A stretch of 64,000 bases of DNA from Eubacterium sp. (GTDB lineage: Bacteria; Bacillota; Clostridia; Lachnospirales; Lachnospiraceae). The notes beneath the pieces are model-generated. The model was given only the letters and a program-made list of their open reading frames with translations, searched no databases and was not told the origin of the DNA. A program made the translations under genes and the position numbers. Each line of letters opens with the position of its first letter. Within the stretch, counting starts at the first letter, position 1. Positions 1-9,467 of the stretch are shown one piece after another. The stretch is from the NCBI GenBank assembly GCA_017430325.1, contig JAFRNE010000002.1, positions 2,386 to 66,385 on the forward strand. Direction: 5' to 3'.

Positions 1-1668
1 ACCCGGAGCCACAGCCTCTATAGATACCTGATCGTCCACAATACTTACCGTTGCTATAACTGTAGACTTTCCGGTTTGATAAACGGAAATACGGTTTTCT
101 CCATGTGCCATTTCAAGTATATAATCGACCTTTTCCGAATAATCTATACCATCCCACTTCACATTCATATTGAATGTATTGGTCGTTCCTTTATTGACGC
201 CAAGCACACCGTCCTGCGCACTGCCGTCATACTGACGCGACGGTATGAAGTTGGTCGCAAGGCCTTTGGATGTCAGCCTGTAAAGATAGAAACCATTTGG
301 AAAATCAGTTGCCGGTTTCTGTTTATATACCGCTGTAGCAGTAAGGTTTCCGTCAAGAAAGACCTTTCCCAGATTCTTTCTTGTTCCTGTTATTTCATCT
401 TCTCCGTCATACCGTAACTCCCAATAATCGAATTCACATCCATCAGGTGCCTGAATTCCAAGATGAGCATAATCCTTAAAATCAGCCAGTGTAACAGTAT
501 TTCCTGACGGATAAGTGATGGTATTTCCCTGACCGTTTCCGGTTCCTGCTTTATATGTAACAGTATAAGTCTGCTGACCTTCAAGACACCACACAGTATC
601 AAGAGTGATATCCTCTGTCACCTTAAAACTTCCATTGGTGTAACCTATATTGCCATGTTCATCCGGAACATACCAGCCATATAGCGTATAGCCTTCAGGC
701 GCAGTAAAACCATAATCACTTACCGATCTAAAGTTGTAGTTTTGTCCAAGCTGCACCTCTTCACTATAGTTTTCGCCGGTTCCTATTCCCGGTGTTATGG
801 TCACGGTCGCTTTATCATTCACTCCCGGAGTGATAAAATTCGGATATATTATGTCGCCGTCATTTTGAGGCGCATATACCTCTCCCGGTTTTCCGGCTCC
901 ACTCCAGTCATAAAAGATCTGCCCATCCGGAACAGTGCCGTTAAAGTCCGGAAGGATAAGGCCATAATTACGAACCCAATAACATGCTCCATGTTCATCA
1001 TTTGCACTTTCCTTAAAGATTACTCTTTTACAATCCTCCTTAGCCGGAAACTGCTCCTGTCCGCCGTTATTCTTAAAATTAACAGTGTAATTCCTCTCAG
1101 CATATCCGTCAGCCGAGTCTTTTCCAGCCTCATTAACGTTTACCGAAACAGTTATATTTACATTTCCTGCCTCGGATCTGCTGAGCTTAAAGCTATGATT
1201 GAAATATCCGTCACCGTTTTGATTATTGCCGTTTATTTCAACGGAGTCTTCAGCCGTATATGTATTGCCGTTTCCTGAGCCGCCATCAGGATCGCCACCG
1301 TTTTTATTCGAACTGATAACCACCTTGTCATCATTTGTCTCTACCCTTAAAGTGACAGGCAGATTCTGCTGCTCATTGCTCTGGGATTCAAGAAAATATC
1401 TGAAGCTCACGTTTGCGGTTATCTCCAGCTCCTCCCCGACAGCCACCTCAAAGCTGTCGCTGTTCTGATTATTTCCGCCGCCCGGATTCTGCTGGTTATT
1501 TCCGCCGCCCGGCTCATTCTGATTCGTACTCAGATAGATATTTACATCCTGAATAGTAACTCCCTCAATTTTCTGTGCCGAAAGCTGCCTTGGAGTCACT
1601 CCGCCAAATACACCTGTAAGTGTCAAAAGGGCGGATGTCATTATTGCTACAAACTTCTTTCCTCTCAT
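1..1668 (-). CDS. Secreted/surface protein with Listeria-Bacteroides (InlB B/Flg_new)-like repeats, partial (runs off the window start; absent from ORF track)
   Basis: Manual translation: ATG at 1668 after an AG-rich RBS (AGGAGAGG), open to position 1 (556 codons). Signal peptide MRGKKFVAIMTSALLTLTGVFGG; repeat-like segments YGFTAPEGYTLYGWY and IQAPDGCEFDYW. Confidence 0.8.
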   Translation of the reverse strand, partial: MRGKKFVAIMTSALLTLTGVFGGVTPRQLSAQKIEGVTIQDVNIYLSTNQNEPGGGNNQQNPGGGNNQNSDSFEVAVGEELEITANVSFRYFLESQSNEQQNLPVTLRVETNDDKVVISSNKNGGDPDGGSGNGNTYTAEDSVEINGNNQNGDGYFNHSFKLSRSEAGNVNITVSVNVNEAGKDSADGYAERNYTVNFKNNGGQEQFPAKEDCKRVIFKESANDEHGACYWVRNYGLILPDFNGTVPDGQIFYDWSGAGKPGEVYAPQNDGDIIYPNFITPGVNDKATVTITPGIGTGENYSEEVQLGQNYNFRSVSDYGFTAPEGYTLYGWYVPDEHGNIGYTNGSFKVTEDITLDTVWCLEGQQTYTVTYKAGTGNGQGNTITYPSGNTVTLADFKDYAHLGIQAPDGCEFDYWELRYDGEDEITGTRKNLGKVFLDGNLTATAVYKQKPATDFPNGFYLYRLTSKGLATNFIPSRQYDGSAQDGVLGVNKGTTNTFNMNVKWDGIDYSEKVDYILEMAHGENRISVYQTGKSTVIATVSIVDDQVSIEAVAPG

Positions 1669-1728
1669 CAACACCTCTCCTTTCCTTCCCGCCATGCAGT
1701 TATTCCTTTTGCCGCATACGGTTTTATA

Positions 1729-2217
1729 TCATTCTCCTGCTGCCGTATTTTCTCTCCTTTTCAGAAGCTCAACCCCCCGGTTGATGTCCCTTATCTCCTT
1801 CTTATAGATCATACTCTGGATCATCCAGATCAGCGCATAAGCGACCATATATGCCAGTATCTGGATATAATTCCATATCCCCATCTTTGGCGACAGCCAG
1901 CCAAGCGTTATACCTACCAGAATATATACCCCGATCGTACACAGGAAATGGACCACCGTTGCTTTCAGCAGACTCCAGCTTTCCAGTTCATATACCACTG
2001 AACCGCCCATTCCGACTACTCCGATAAGGCCTACAAGAAGGAGTTCGATCACCAGTACAGTCATATCATTTTTTATCCTTCCCGACAGAACTGAGTCCTG
2101 AAGAAAATCCTTCTCACCGCCAAATGAAACCGATAACACCGTGATCGCTATTCCGATTATGACAGCCAGAGAGAATCCAATTGATGCCTTATAAATAAAT
2201 CTTTTTTTCGTGTTCAT
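1729..2217 (-). CDS. DUF3021-family membrane protein (putative inhibitor of the LytTR regulator)
   Basis: About 4 TM segments; motifs SVVYELESWSLLKATVVHF and YKKEIRDINRGV; directly downstream of a LytTR gene. Confidence 0.85.
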   Translation of the reverse strand: MNTKKRFIYKASIGFSLAVIIGIAITVLSVSFGGEKDFLQDSVLSGRIKNDMTVLVIELLLVGLIGVVGMGGSVVYELESWSLLKATVVHFLCTIGVYILVGITLGWLSPKMGIWNYIQILAYMVAYALIWMIQSMIYKKEIRDINRGVELLKRRENTAAGE

Positions 2218-2226
2218 ATCATTCTC

Positions 2227-2706
2227 CTACATTGATTCCCCGAAGCTCTTTTTCAGCTTATCCCTCAAGGGTTTTACACATCTCCTTGATACCCAGCTCT
2301 TCTCCCCGTTATCAAGCTCCACACTGACATTTCCGATCATATTAAAGTCAAAGAAGCTGACCTTATACAGATTGATGATCTCTGACTGCGATATCCTGAA
2401 AAAACGTTCACTGTCCAGCTCATTCTCAAACTTTGTAATAGTACCGTTCACCGGATATGAGCTGTCCGCCGTATCCAGATAGACCTTACGCCCTTCCTTT
2501 CTGATCCTGTAAATCTCTCTCTGGGAGATGTATTTTATCCCACCGTCAATATTTACAGGCACTGACGGATAACTGCTTCGCGACATGTTTTCTATCGCAT
2601 CAATGATCCTGTCAACCTGACCGGTCCTGTTCTTCGTAAATATCTCGACCCTCGGATTGACGGAATTCTCATCGATTATTACCTTGATCTCTATCATTTC
2701 TTCCAT
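2227..2706 (-). CDS. Stand-alone LytTR DNA-binding regulator
   Basis: LytTR motifs FFRISQSEIINL and VSRR; no receiver domain. Confidence 0.9.
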   Translation of the reverse strand: MEEMIEIKVIIDENSVNPRVEIFTKNRTGQVDRIIDAIENMSRSSYPSVPVNIDGGIKYISQREIYRIRKEGRKVYLDTADSSYPVNGTITKFENELDSERFFRISQSEIINLYKVSFFDFNMIGNVSVELDNGEKSWVSRRCVKPLRDKLKKSFGESM

Positions 2707-2743
2707 AGTTCTTCTCTCTCTGTTTAAAATACTGCATAGGCTG

Positions 2744-2815
2744 ATTATACTATACGCACATGACGAAAAGAAGTGGTCCTTGCATATGTGGTCATATGGT
2801 ATGTCTAATCGGTCA
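2744..2815 (-). promoter_or_regulatory. Putative LytTR-bound direct repeats and -10 box
   Basis: Minus strand: TGACCGATT-N12-TGACCACAT (2815-2786), a third copy GGACCACTT (2779-2771), and TATAAT at 2749-2744. Confidence 0.55.
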
Positions 2816-2843
2816 ATCGTTTTTTACTGATATTGTATTCAAT

Positions 2844-2875
2844 AAAAAAGGACATCAACAACGGTGATGCCCTTC
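2844..2875 (-). terminator. Intrinsic terminator after the prepilin peptidase gene
   Basis: Minus strand GAAGGGCATCA-ccgttgt-TGATGTCCTTTTTT: stem plus U tract. Confidence 0.65.
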
Positions 2876-2985
2876 ATATATTTTCTCAATTGTTTTGTAC
2901 TTCTGATTTTCTCGAGTATATCCCGGGTTTTTATCGTATCTCTGAGTTTCCCGGTTGTTCCATCGATGAGCTGATCAAAAAATGA

Positions 2986-3822
2986 TCAGTGTGTCATCTG
3001 TGCCTCAAGGATATCTCCGTACCAGTTGATGATATCCATACCGTAGATAACCGCAAGGCCAAGTCCTATACAGAGTGATGGTCCGAATGGCATATGATCC
3101 TTGCCACCCTTCTTCTTTCTGATAAGGACAATAACTCCGATAAAGCCTCCGATAAATATACCGAATATAAAGCCCATCAGAACTAACTTCCAGCCAAGCA
3201 GGAATCCTGTTGCAAACATCAGCTTGATATCTCCGCCGCCGAAGGCGTCCGGAATAGCAAAGTTAAACAGTCTGAGCGGAAGGCTTATACATACAAGTCC
3301 GATCAGTCTGTCCTTGATACTGATCTCAGGCACCAGCCAGATAGAAGCCACACCGAGAAGGAGTATCATATAATTGAGATATGGAGGTATTTCCATAGTA
3401 TCTCTATCAATAAAACCAATGATGAAAAGCAGTATGTAGAGGATCATCATCAGAACAAGCTCTGCTCCGAAATCGAAATGTCTTCCGAGAAAGAATCCAC
3501 CGACCAGTCCGAGCAAGGTCGATCCGAATACTCTAAGGTTGGAAACCGTTGCTCTTTCAGGCATGAATTCAAGGAACTCGCCTCGTTCGCCTGTTATCTC
3601 ATCCCAGATTACCGAACCTATCTTAGCCGGCAGCCTTTTGTCTCTAAGCGCCTGCTTTTTCTTCTTCAGGATCTTCTCATCTATTTTCTTGTCTTTCTCA
3701 TACGCTCTCTCATATGCGGCATCTCTCGCAAGTATCCACGCAGATATCTTTGCTATAAAAAAGCATGATATTGCAAAACTTAAGCCGATGATGATCGCAC
3801 ATACTATTTCTGTTACACCCAT
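2986..3822 (-). CDS. Prepilin peptidase, family A24
   Basis: Two catalytic Asp motifs, FIDRDTMEIP and GGGDIKL, and a C-terminal MPFGPSL; no CxxC Zn motifs. Confidence 0.9.
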   Translation of the reverse strand: MGVTEIVCAIIIGLSFAISCFFIAKISAWILARDAAYERAYEKDKKIDEKILKKKKQALRDKRLPAKIGSVIWDEITGERGEFLEFMPERATVSNLRVFGSTLLGLVGGFFLGRHFDFGAELVLMMILYILLFIIGFIDRDTMEIPPYLNYMILLLGVASIWLVPEISIKDRLIGLVCISLPLRLFNFAIPDAFGGGDIKLMFATGFLLGWKLVLMGFIFGIFIGGFIGVIVLIRKKKGGKDHMPFGPSLCIGLGLAVIYGMDIINWYGDILEAQMTH

Positions 3823-3942
3823 ATTAGCCCCTCATTTTATCAGATTTACGACAATGGTTACCGACTACACATTATCGCAACAGATTATGATAATATCTAT
3901 CACTTTCATGATTTAATTATCATTATTATTCACCTATGTGAA

Positions 3943-5745
3943 CTATTCCTCGTCATTTTTCTTAACGATAGCGATATTAAGCTCCTCAAGCTGAGCATCT
4001 GTAACACCGCCCGGAGCGTCCATCATGATATCCTGTGCATTCTTGTTCATTGGGAATGCGATGATCTCACGGATAGACTCCTCGCCTGCAAGAAGCATGA
4101 TCATTCTGTCAACGCCAGGAGCGATACCTGCGTGTGGAGGTGCTCCATAAGTAAATGCATTGTACATAGCAGGGAACTTAGCCTTAACCTCGTCCTCACC
4201 AAGACGAACCATCTTGAACGCCTCGATCATGATCTCAGGATCATGGTTTCTTACAGCTCCTGAAGAAAGCTCGATACCGTTACATACAAGGTCGTACTGA
4301 TCAGCCATGATGCTGAGCGGATCAACCTCGCCTGCAGCTGCCTTCTCAAGTATTTCCTTGCCGCCGATAGGCATGGAGAATGGATTGTGGCAGAACTCAA
4401 GAAGTCCTGACTCCTCACCGATCTCGTACATTGGGAAGTCAACGATCCAGCAGAACTCATATCTTTCCTTATCCATATGACCTTCGCACTCTACACCGAG
4501 CATCTTAACAGCAACGCCGGCGATCTTCTGTGCAAGAGTTTTCTTGCCTGCGCCAACTACAACAAGTGTATTTGGAGCAAGACCGAGCTTGTTTGAAATA
4601 GCCTCTGCGATAGCAGGATCAGCATTAACAAACTTAGCGATTCCTCCGGCGATAGCACCTGTCTCATCAGTCTTGAACCAATAAGCCTTAGCGCCTGCCT
4701 GAACCTCTATATTTGCGCAGATCGCATCGATCTGCTTTCTTGTAAGCTTGCAGTCAGATACAGGAACTGCCTTAACTACGTTGCCCTTAAATGGCTCGAA
4801 ACCGCAGTCAGCGAGTTCATCTGTAACGTCCTTTACTCTGAGGTCGATACGAAGATCCGGCTTGTCTGTACCGAACTCGTCCATAGCCTGAAGGTAAGGG
4901 ATTCTTGTAAATGGTGACTCTGAAGCAATATTGTATGTACCATATTTAGCAAATACAGGAGGAAGTACATCCTCGATGATAGCAAATACATCTTCCTTCG
5001 ATGCAAATGCCATCTCCATATCAAGCTGGTAGAACTCTCCAGGTGAACGGTCTCCTCTTGCGTCCTCATCTCTGAAGCAAGGAGCGATCTGGAAATATCT
5101 GTCAAAACCTGCAGTCATAAGCAGCTGCTTGAACTGCTGCGGAGCCTGTGGAAGTGCATAGAACTTACCAGGATGCTTTCTTGCAGGAACAAGATAATCT
5201 CTTGCACCCTCAGGTGATGAAGCTGTAAGGATAGGTGTTGTGATCTCAAGGAAGCCATGCTCGATCATAGCGCTTCTGAGAGCAGCAACAACGTTACATC
5301 TCATAACGATATTGTTCTTAACTGCCGGATTACGAAGATCCAGATAACGGTATTTGAGACGGAAGGTCTCATCTGCCTCTCTTGAACGATTGATCTCGAA
5401 CGGAAGCTCAGCATGATAATTCTTTCCGAGCAGCTCGATCTCTGTAGGTACTATCTCTATCTCACCTGTAGGTATATTCTTGTTGATGTTACTTCTCTCA
5501 CGAACAGTACCGGTAATCTTCAGAGTCGACTCCTTGTTTAGCGGCTTGATCTTCTCCATCATATCTTCGCTCTCGATAACCACCTGTGTTGTTCCGTAAA
5601 AATCACGCATAACTACAAATGCGAGGTTTCCGCCTACCATTCTGACGTTCTCCATCCAGCCGACTATTGTGACTGTTTCGCCTGCATTTGCTTTCCTAAG
5701 TTCACCGCATGTGTGCGTTCTAGACTGCATTGTATTATCCTCCAT
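3943..5745 (-). CDS. aspS: Aspartate--tRNA ligase
   Basis: RTHTCGELR start; RYLDLR, GARDYLVP, LPQAPQQFKQLLM, FRDED, PPHAGIAPGVDR. Confidence 0.98.
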   Translation of the reverse strand: MEDNTMQSRTHTCGELRKANAGETVTIVGWMENVRMVGGNLAFVVMRDFYGTTQVVIESEDMMEKIKPLNKESTLKITGTVRERSNINKNIPTGEIEIVPTEIELLGKNYHAELPFEINRSREADETFRLKYRYLDLRNPAVKNNIVMRCNVVAALRSAMIEHGFLEITTPILTASSPEGARDYLVPARKHPGKFYALPQAPQQFKQLLMTAGFDRYFQIAPCFRDEDARGDRSPGEFYQLDMEMAFASKEDVFAIIEDVLPPVFAKYGTYNIASESPFTRIPYLQAMDEFGTDKPDLRIDLRVKDVTDELADCGFEPFKGNVVKAVPVSDCKLTRKQIDAICANIEVQAGAKAYWFKTDETGAIAGGIAKFVNADPAIAEAISNKLGLAPNTLVVVGAGKKTLAQKIAGVAVKMLGVECEGHMDKERYEFCWIVDFPMYEIGEESGLLEFCHNPFSMPIGGKEILEKAAAGEVDPLSIMADQYDLVCNGIELSSGAVRNHDPEIMIEAFKMVRLGEDEVKAKFPAMYNAFTYGAPPHAGIAPGVDRMIMLLAGEESIREIIAFPMNKNAQDIMMDAPGGVTDAQLEELNIAIVKKNDEE

Positions 5746-5807
5746 ATATATCTATATTCGCTACTGACAGGTGCCATTCTCGACTCATCTGTCATGCGCT
5801 CTTAATT

Positions 5808-7115
5808 TTATATATCCCTGTCCGCAAAAAACTCCACGATCGCGGTGTAGCCTTCTGCTGTAAGCTGGTCCTTCTGGAACTTCTTGTTCTTCTTCATCAT
5901 TACGATGTTTATGTTCTCGCCGGCTGCTCTTCTTTCCTTAGCCATTGTAAGGATCTTAGCCATCTTATCCTCAGGCATGTTCTTCTCGATCATGAAGGCT
6001 GTCTTCAGAGAGCTGCCTGGAACCTTGAAGTCTCTCTCAAGGAGAAGCATAACGATTCTTTCGAAACCGATTGAGAAACCGCAGGCAGGTGTCTGCTGGC
6101 CTGTGAAACGTCCGATCATCTCATCGTAACGTCCGCCGCCACCGACTGATCCGCCGTACTCATCCATTGATATTTCAAATATAGGTCCTGTATAGTAAGA
6201 CATTCCGCGAACAAGGGTCGGATCGAATGCCATCTTAAACTCTGCGTCCTTCGCGGCTTCAACATTCTGGATGATAAATGCAAGTCCGTCCGTAACGCTC
6301 TCGTCGAGATACTTGCCAAGAGTCTCCTTAAGGAACCTTATGCCTGCAACATCAGATGTTGTCTTGTTAAAGAGCTCAAGGTATTTGTCAACGGTCTCGC
6401 TGCTGTTTCCTGCGGAAATAAGTTCTTCCCTGACGCCATCAAGACCGATCTTGTCCATCTTATCAAGTGTGATGAAGATACCGTCGTAATCAACCGAATC
6501 AGCCTTAACCGGCTCAGCATTCTCATCGCCTGTGATCATAAGTGGCTCAAAGCCTGCGTAATCAACCATGGCACGAAGGATTCTTCTGTCATTTATTCTT
6601 ATTGTGAAATTCTTGAAATCAAGCTTGCCAAGCAGTGTCGAGGTTGCGAGGATGAGCTCGATCTCAGCAAGATTTGCAGGCTCACCGAGGATATCGATAT
6701 CGCACTGCATGAACTGTCTGTAACGGCCTCTCTGAGGTCTGTCGGCACGCCATACATTTCCCATCTGGAGCGCCTTGAAAGGACTTGGAAGCACGTTTGC
6801 ATTGTTTGAATAATATCTTGAAAGCGGAACAGTAAGGTCGTATCTGAGGCCGCCGTCCACAAGATCATCAGCACTCTTTGCCTCATCAAGACGGAGCTTC
6901 TCGCCACGCTTCAGTATTTTAAATATAAGCTTCTCGTTCTCGCCGCCCTGCTTTGAAGACAGGTTCTCTATATGCTCTACGGCCGGAGTCTCAACCGAAG
7001 TGAAACCAAACTTCTTGTAGGTTTCCTTGATGAGACCGATCGCGTAGTCTCTTATTTCCATTTCTCTCGGAAGGATGTCCTTCATACCGGTTACCGGCTT
7101 CTTAGTCATACTCAT
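5808..7115 (-). CDS. hisS: Histidine--tRNA ligase
   Basis: GMKD, LRYDLTVP, GRYRQFMQCD, RGMSYYTG, GGGRYD. Confidence 0.97.
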   Translation of the reverse strand: MSMTKKPVTGMKDILPREMEIRDYAIGLIKETYKKFGFTSVETPAVEHIENLSSKQGGENEKLIFKILKRGEKLRLDEAKSADDLVDGGLRYDLTVPLSRYYSNNANVLPSPFKALQMGNVWRADRPQRGRYRQFMQCDIDILGEPANLAEIELILATSTLLGKLDFKNFTIRINDRRILRAMVDYAGFEPLMITGDENAEPVKADSVDYDGIFITLDKMDKIGLDGVREELISAGNSSETVDKYLELFNKTTSDVAGIRFLKETLGKYLDESVTDGLAFIIQNVEAAKDAEFKMAFDPTLVRGMSYYTGPIFEISMDEYGGSVGGGGRYDEMIGRFTGQQTPACGFSIGFERIVMLLLERDFKVPGSSLKTAFMIEKNMPEDKMAKILTMAKERRAAGENINIVMMKKNKKFQKDQLTAEGYTAIVEFFADRDI

Positions 7116-7174
7116 CTTTCACTTACTCTCCTTAATTATAAACGCACGCTTATATCACGCCGCTAAAACTCGTT

Positions 7175-8665
7175 TTACTGATTAATTCTTTCGTTCCCAA
7201 CGGAATCACGTTTCTTATCAAGCATTTCCTCGATACGATTTATATAATCATCGACATTCTTGGTGTTGGCGATGCGTTCCACGTTGCCCTTAAACGGATT
7301 CACAAGCTTGGTTGACGCACCTGCGCCCGCTCCGAAGATGTCGACCTTCTCTTCCATGATAAGCATATTGTAGAGGCATTCCTTACCCGGCTTTGAGTAG
7401 CCCACATTCTCAAGGTTGCCCGCAATATTTTTCTGCCTGTACATATAGTACGGCTTCATACCCATATGCTTTGCGTACTCTGCCGCAAGGGCCTGCATTT
7501 CCCTTGCATCATGATTGATCACATCCTGATAGGTTGCAAGCTCTTCTTTAAGATGCGCCGCTCTCTTGACTGCGAGCGAATGCACCGTAAGACTCTCCGG
7601 ACGAAGCCTCTTCAGCGCCTCCAGAGTCATCTCCATATTTCGCAGCTTCTCCATCGGAAGTCCCGCGATAATATCTGTATTTATGTTGTCGAATCCGCTC
7701 TTTCTCGCCATCTCGAAGGCTTTCACAAACTGCTCGGAGGTATGCGCCCTTCCGATGATGTGCAGCGTCTGGTCGTTAATGGTCTGCGGATTGATACTTA
7801 TCCTTGTTACGCCGTGGGCTTTCATGATGTCCAGCTTACCCTGGGTAATACTGTCCGGGCGCCCCGCCTCGATAGTGTACTCCTTTAGATGCGATAAGTC
7901 AAAATATCTTAACGCTTCCGTCAGAAGATTGTCAAATGAAAGCTCGCCGAGGGAGGTTGGCGTTCCTCCTCCGATATAGACCGAAACCAGTCTTCTGTCC
8001 CTGTTGACGTAGGAAATAAACTGCAGCTCCTTTGAAAGGGCCGCAAGATAATCCGGTATCTTGTATTTGTATTCATTCACAGGAAATGCCGCAAATGAAC
8101 AGTAGAGACACCTGCTCGGACAGAACGGAATATTGATATAGAGGCCGTAATCCCTGGTGGTCACGATGTCCTCTCGCTCGAATTTATCCATCTCGCACTT
8201 CGCCACCTTGAGGGCAAGCTGTGCCTTCTCCGGTGTCGCCGCATATCTTCTTTCATATTCACTGATGATGTCCTGATCGGTCTGATTTTCCTTCAGTCCC
8301 TGCATGGCTATCTTGGTCGGCCTTACTCCTGTGAGACTTCCCCAAGGAAGTGTCCTTCCGGTGAATTCGGAAAGCATCTGGTAAGCCGCAAGCTTAAGCC
8401 TGTTTCTGAAGCTCTTTCTGTCCTCGTAGTCACCGCTGATATATGCAAAATACTTTACTACGGCCTTCTCCTCTATCTTCAGCATCGAACGCTTCTCGTT
8501 AAAGAGCGCAGTAAAGCAAAGGGTGAACTCATTGTGAAGCTCCCTTCCAAGGGAAGCTACCGCTGCCGGCTTCATTTCCGTCAGCTTTTCACCCGGATAA
8601 AATGCCATGATCATCGCACGAAGATCATTATTATACAGTTCGCTGTTCTGAACCAGAAGGATCAT
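7175..8665 (-). CDS. hemZ: Radical SAM coproporphyrinogen dehydrogenase-like protein HemZ
   Basis: PWGSLTGVRPTK, CPSRCLYC, GGGTPT, PYYMYRQKN; conserved position upstream of hisS. Confidence 0.92.
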   Translation of the reverse strand: MILLVQNSELYNNDLRAMIMAFYPGEKLTEMKPAAVASLGRELHNEFTLCFTALFNEKRSMLKIEEKAVVKYFAYISGDYEDRKSFRNRLKLAAYQMLSEFTGRTLPWGSLTGVRPTKIAMQGLKENQTDQDIISEYERRYAATPEKAQLALKVAKCEMDKFEREDIVTTRDYGLYINIPFCPSRCLYCSFAAFPVNEYKYKIPDYLAALSKELQFISYVNRDRRLVSVYIGGGTPTSLGELSFDNLLTEALRYFDLSHLKEYTIEAGRPDSITQGKLDIMKAHGVTRISINPQTINDQTLHIIGRAHTSEQFVKAFEMARKSGFDNINTDIIAGLPMEKLRNMEMTLEALKRLRPESLTVHSLAVKRAAHLKEELATYQDVINHDAREMQALAAEYAKHMGMKPYYMYRQKNIAGNLENVGYSKPGKECLYNMLIMEEKVDIFGAGAGASTKLVNPFKGNVERIANTKNVDDYINRIEEMLDKKRDSVGNERINQ

Positions 8666-8760
8666 TCGGGTACCTCGATTTAAGTCCTGTATATATTGCA
8701 GCTGCCATCAACACACCATCCTGTAAACAGTCCGGTGTATTAATCCGTTTCATCTGCTGC

Positions 8761-9393
8761 CTAGAAAAACATATTACTTGTCTTCTCTCTTCCCACCGTG
8801 GTGCGGGAATTGTGTCCCGGATAAACCACTGTATCATCAGGAAGTGTAAATATCTTCTCTCTGATATTTATGAGGAGAGCCTCTCCGTCGCCTGTCGGGA
8901 AGTCCGATCTTCCGATGCTTCCACAGAAGAGGGTGTCTCCGTCAAATATCATCTTGTTCTCTTCAATGTAATAGCACATGCCGCCCTTTGTATGTCCCGG
9001 TACTTCGATGCATTTGATCTTAGTTCCGAGCAGCTCCAGCTCCTGGCCGTCAGAAACCAGCTCATCCGCCTTAAGGGAGATCGGTTCTGCAAACATGAGC
9101 GAAAGATTTGCGGCAGGTGTTCTGAGGATATCCTCATCATTTTTGCCGATCACGACAGGAACCTCCGGATAAGCCTCCTTCAGTCCCTTCACTCCCTCAA
9201 CATGGTCGAAATGTCCGTGTGTCAGAAGTATCTTCACCAGCTTATACTGCTGGTTCTTTATCATACTGATGAGGAAGGGAGCATTTGCAGCCGGGTCGAT
9301 GATGACCGCTTCGCGTGTCGCTGTATTTACGACCGTATAGCAGTTGGTTCCCAGATCACCAAGCATATTTGTTACTACTATTAAGTTCTGCAT
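8761..9393 (-). CDS. MBL-fold metallo-hydrolase (glyoxalase II-like)
   Basis: THGHFDH, PGHT, GDTLF, YPGH. Start placed at 9393 from the GGAGG RBS (ORF track starts at 9408). Confidence 0.9.
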   Translation of the reverse strand: MQNLIVVTNMLGDLGTNCYTVVNTATREAVIIDPAANAPFLISMIKNQQYKLVKILLTHGHFDHVEGVKGLKEAYPEVPVVIGKNDEDILRTPAANLSLMFAEPISLKADELVSDGQELELLGTKIKCIEVPGHTKGGMCYYIEENKMIFDGDTLFCGSIGRSDFPTGDGEALLINIREKIFTLPDDTVVYPGHNSRTTVGREKTSNMFF

Positions 9394-9467
9394 TTCGTTC
9401 CTCCTCATGCATATATTGTTAGTTTATCAATACTAAAGGATCCGTATACGTCCGTAGCACGTATATA

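Noticed and set aside
7115-7175. T-box leader expected before hisS-aspS
   Set aside because: Gap is only ~60 bp, with no T-box sequence or specifier stem.
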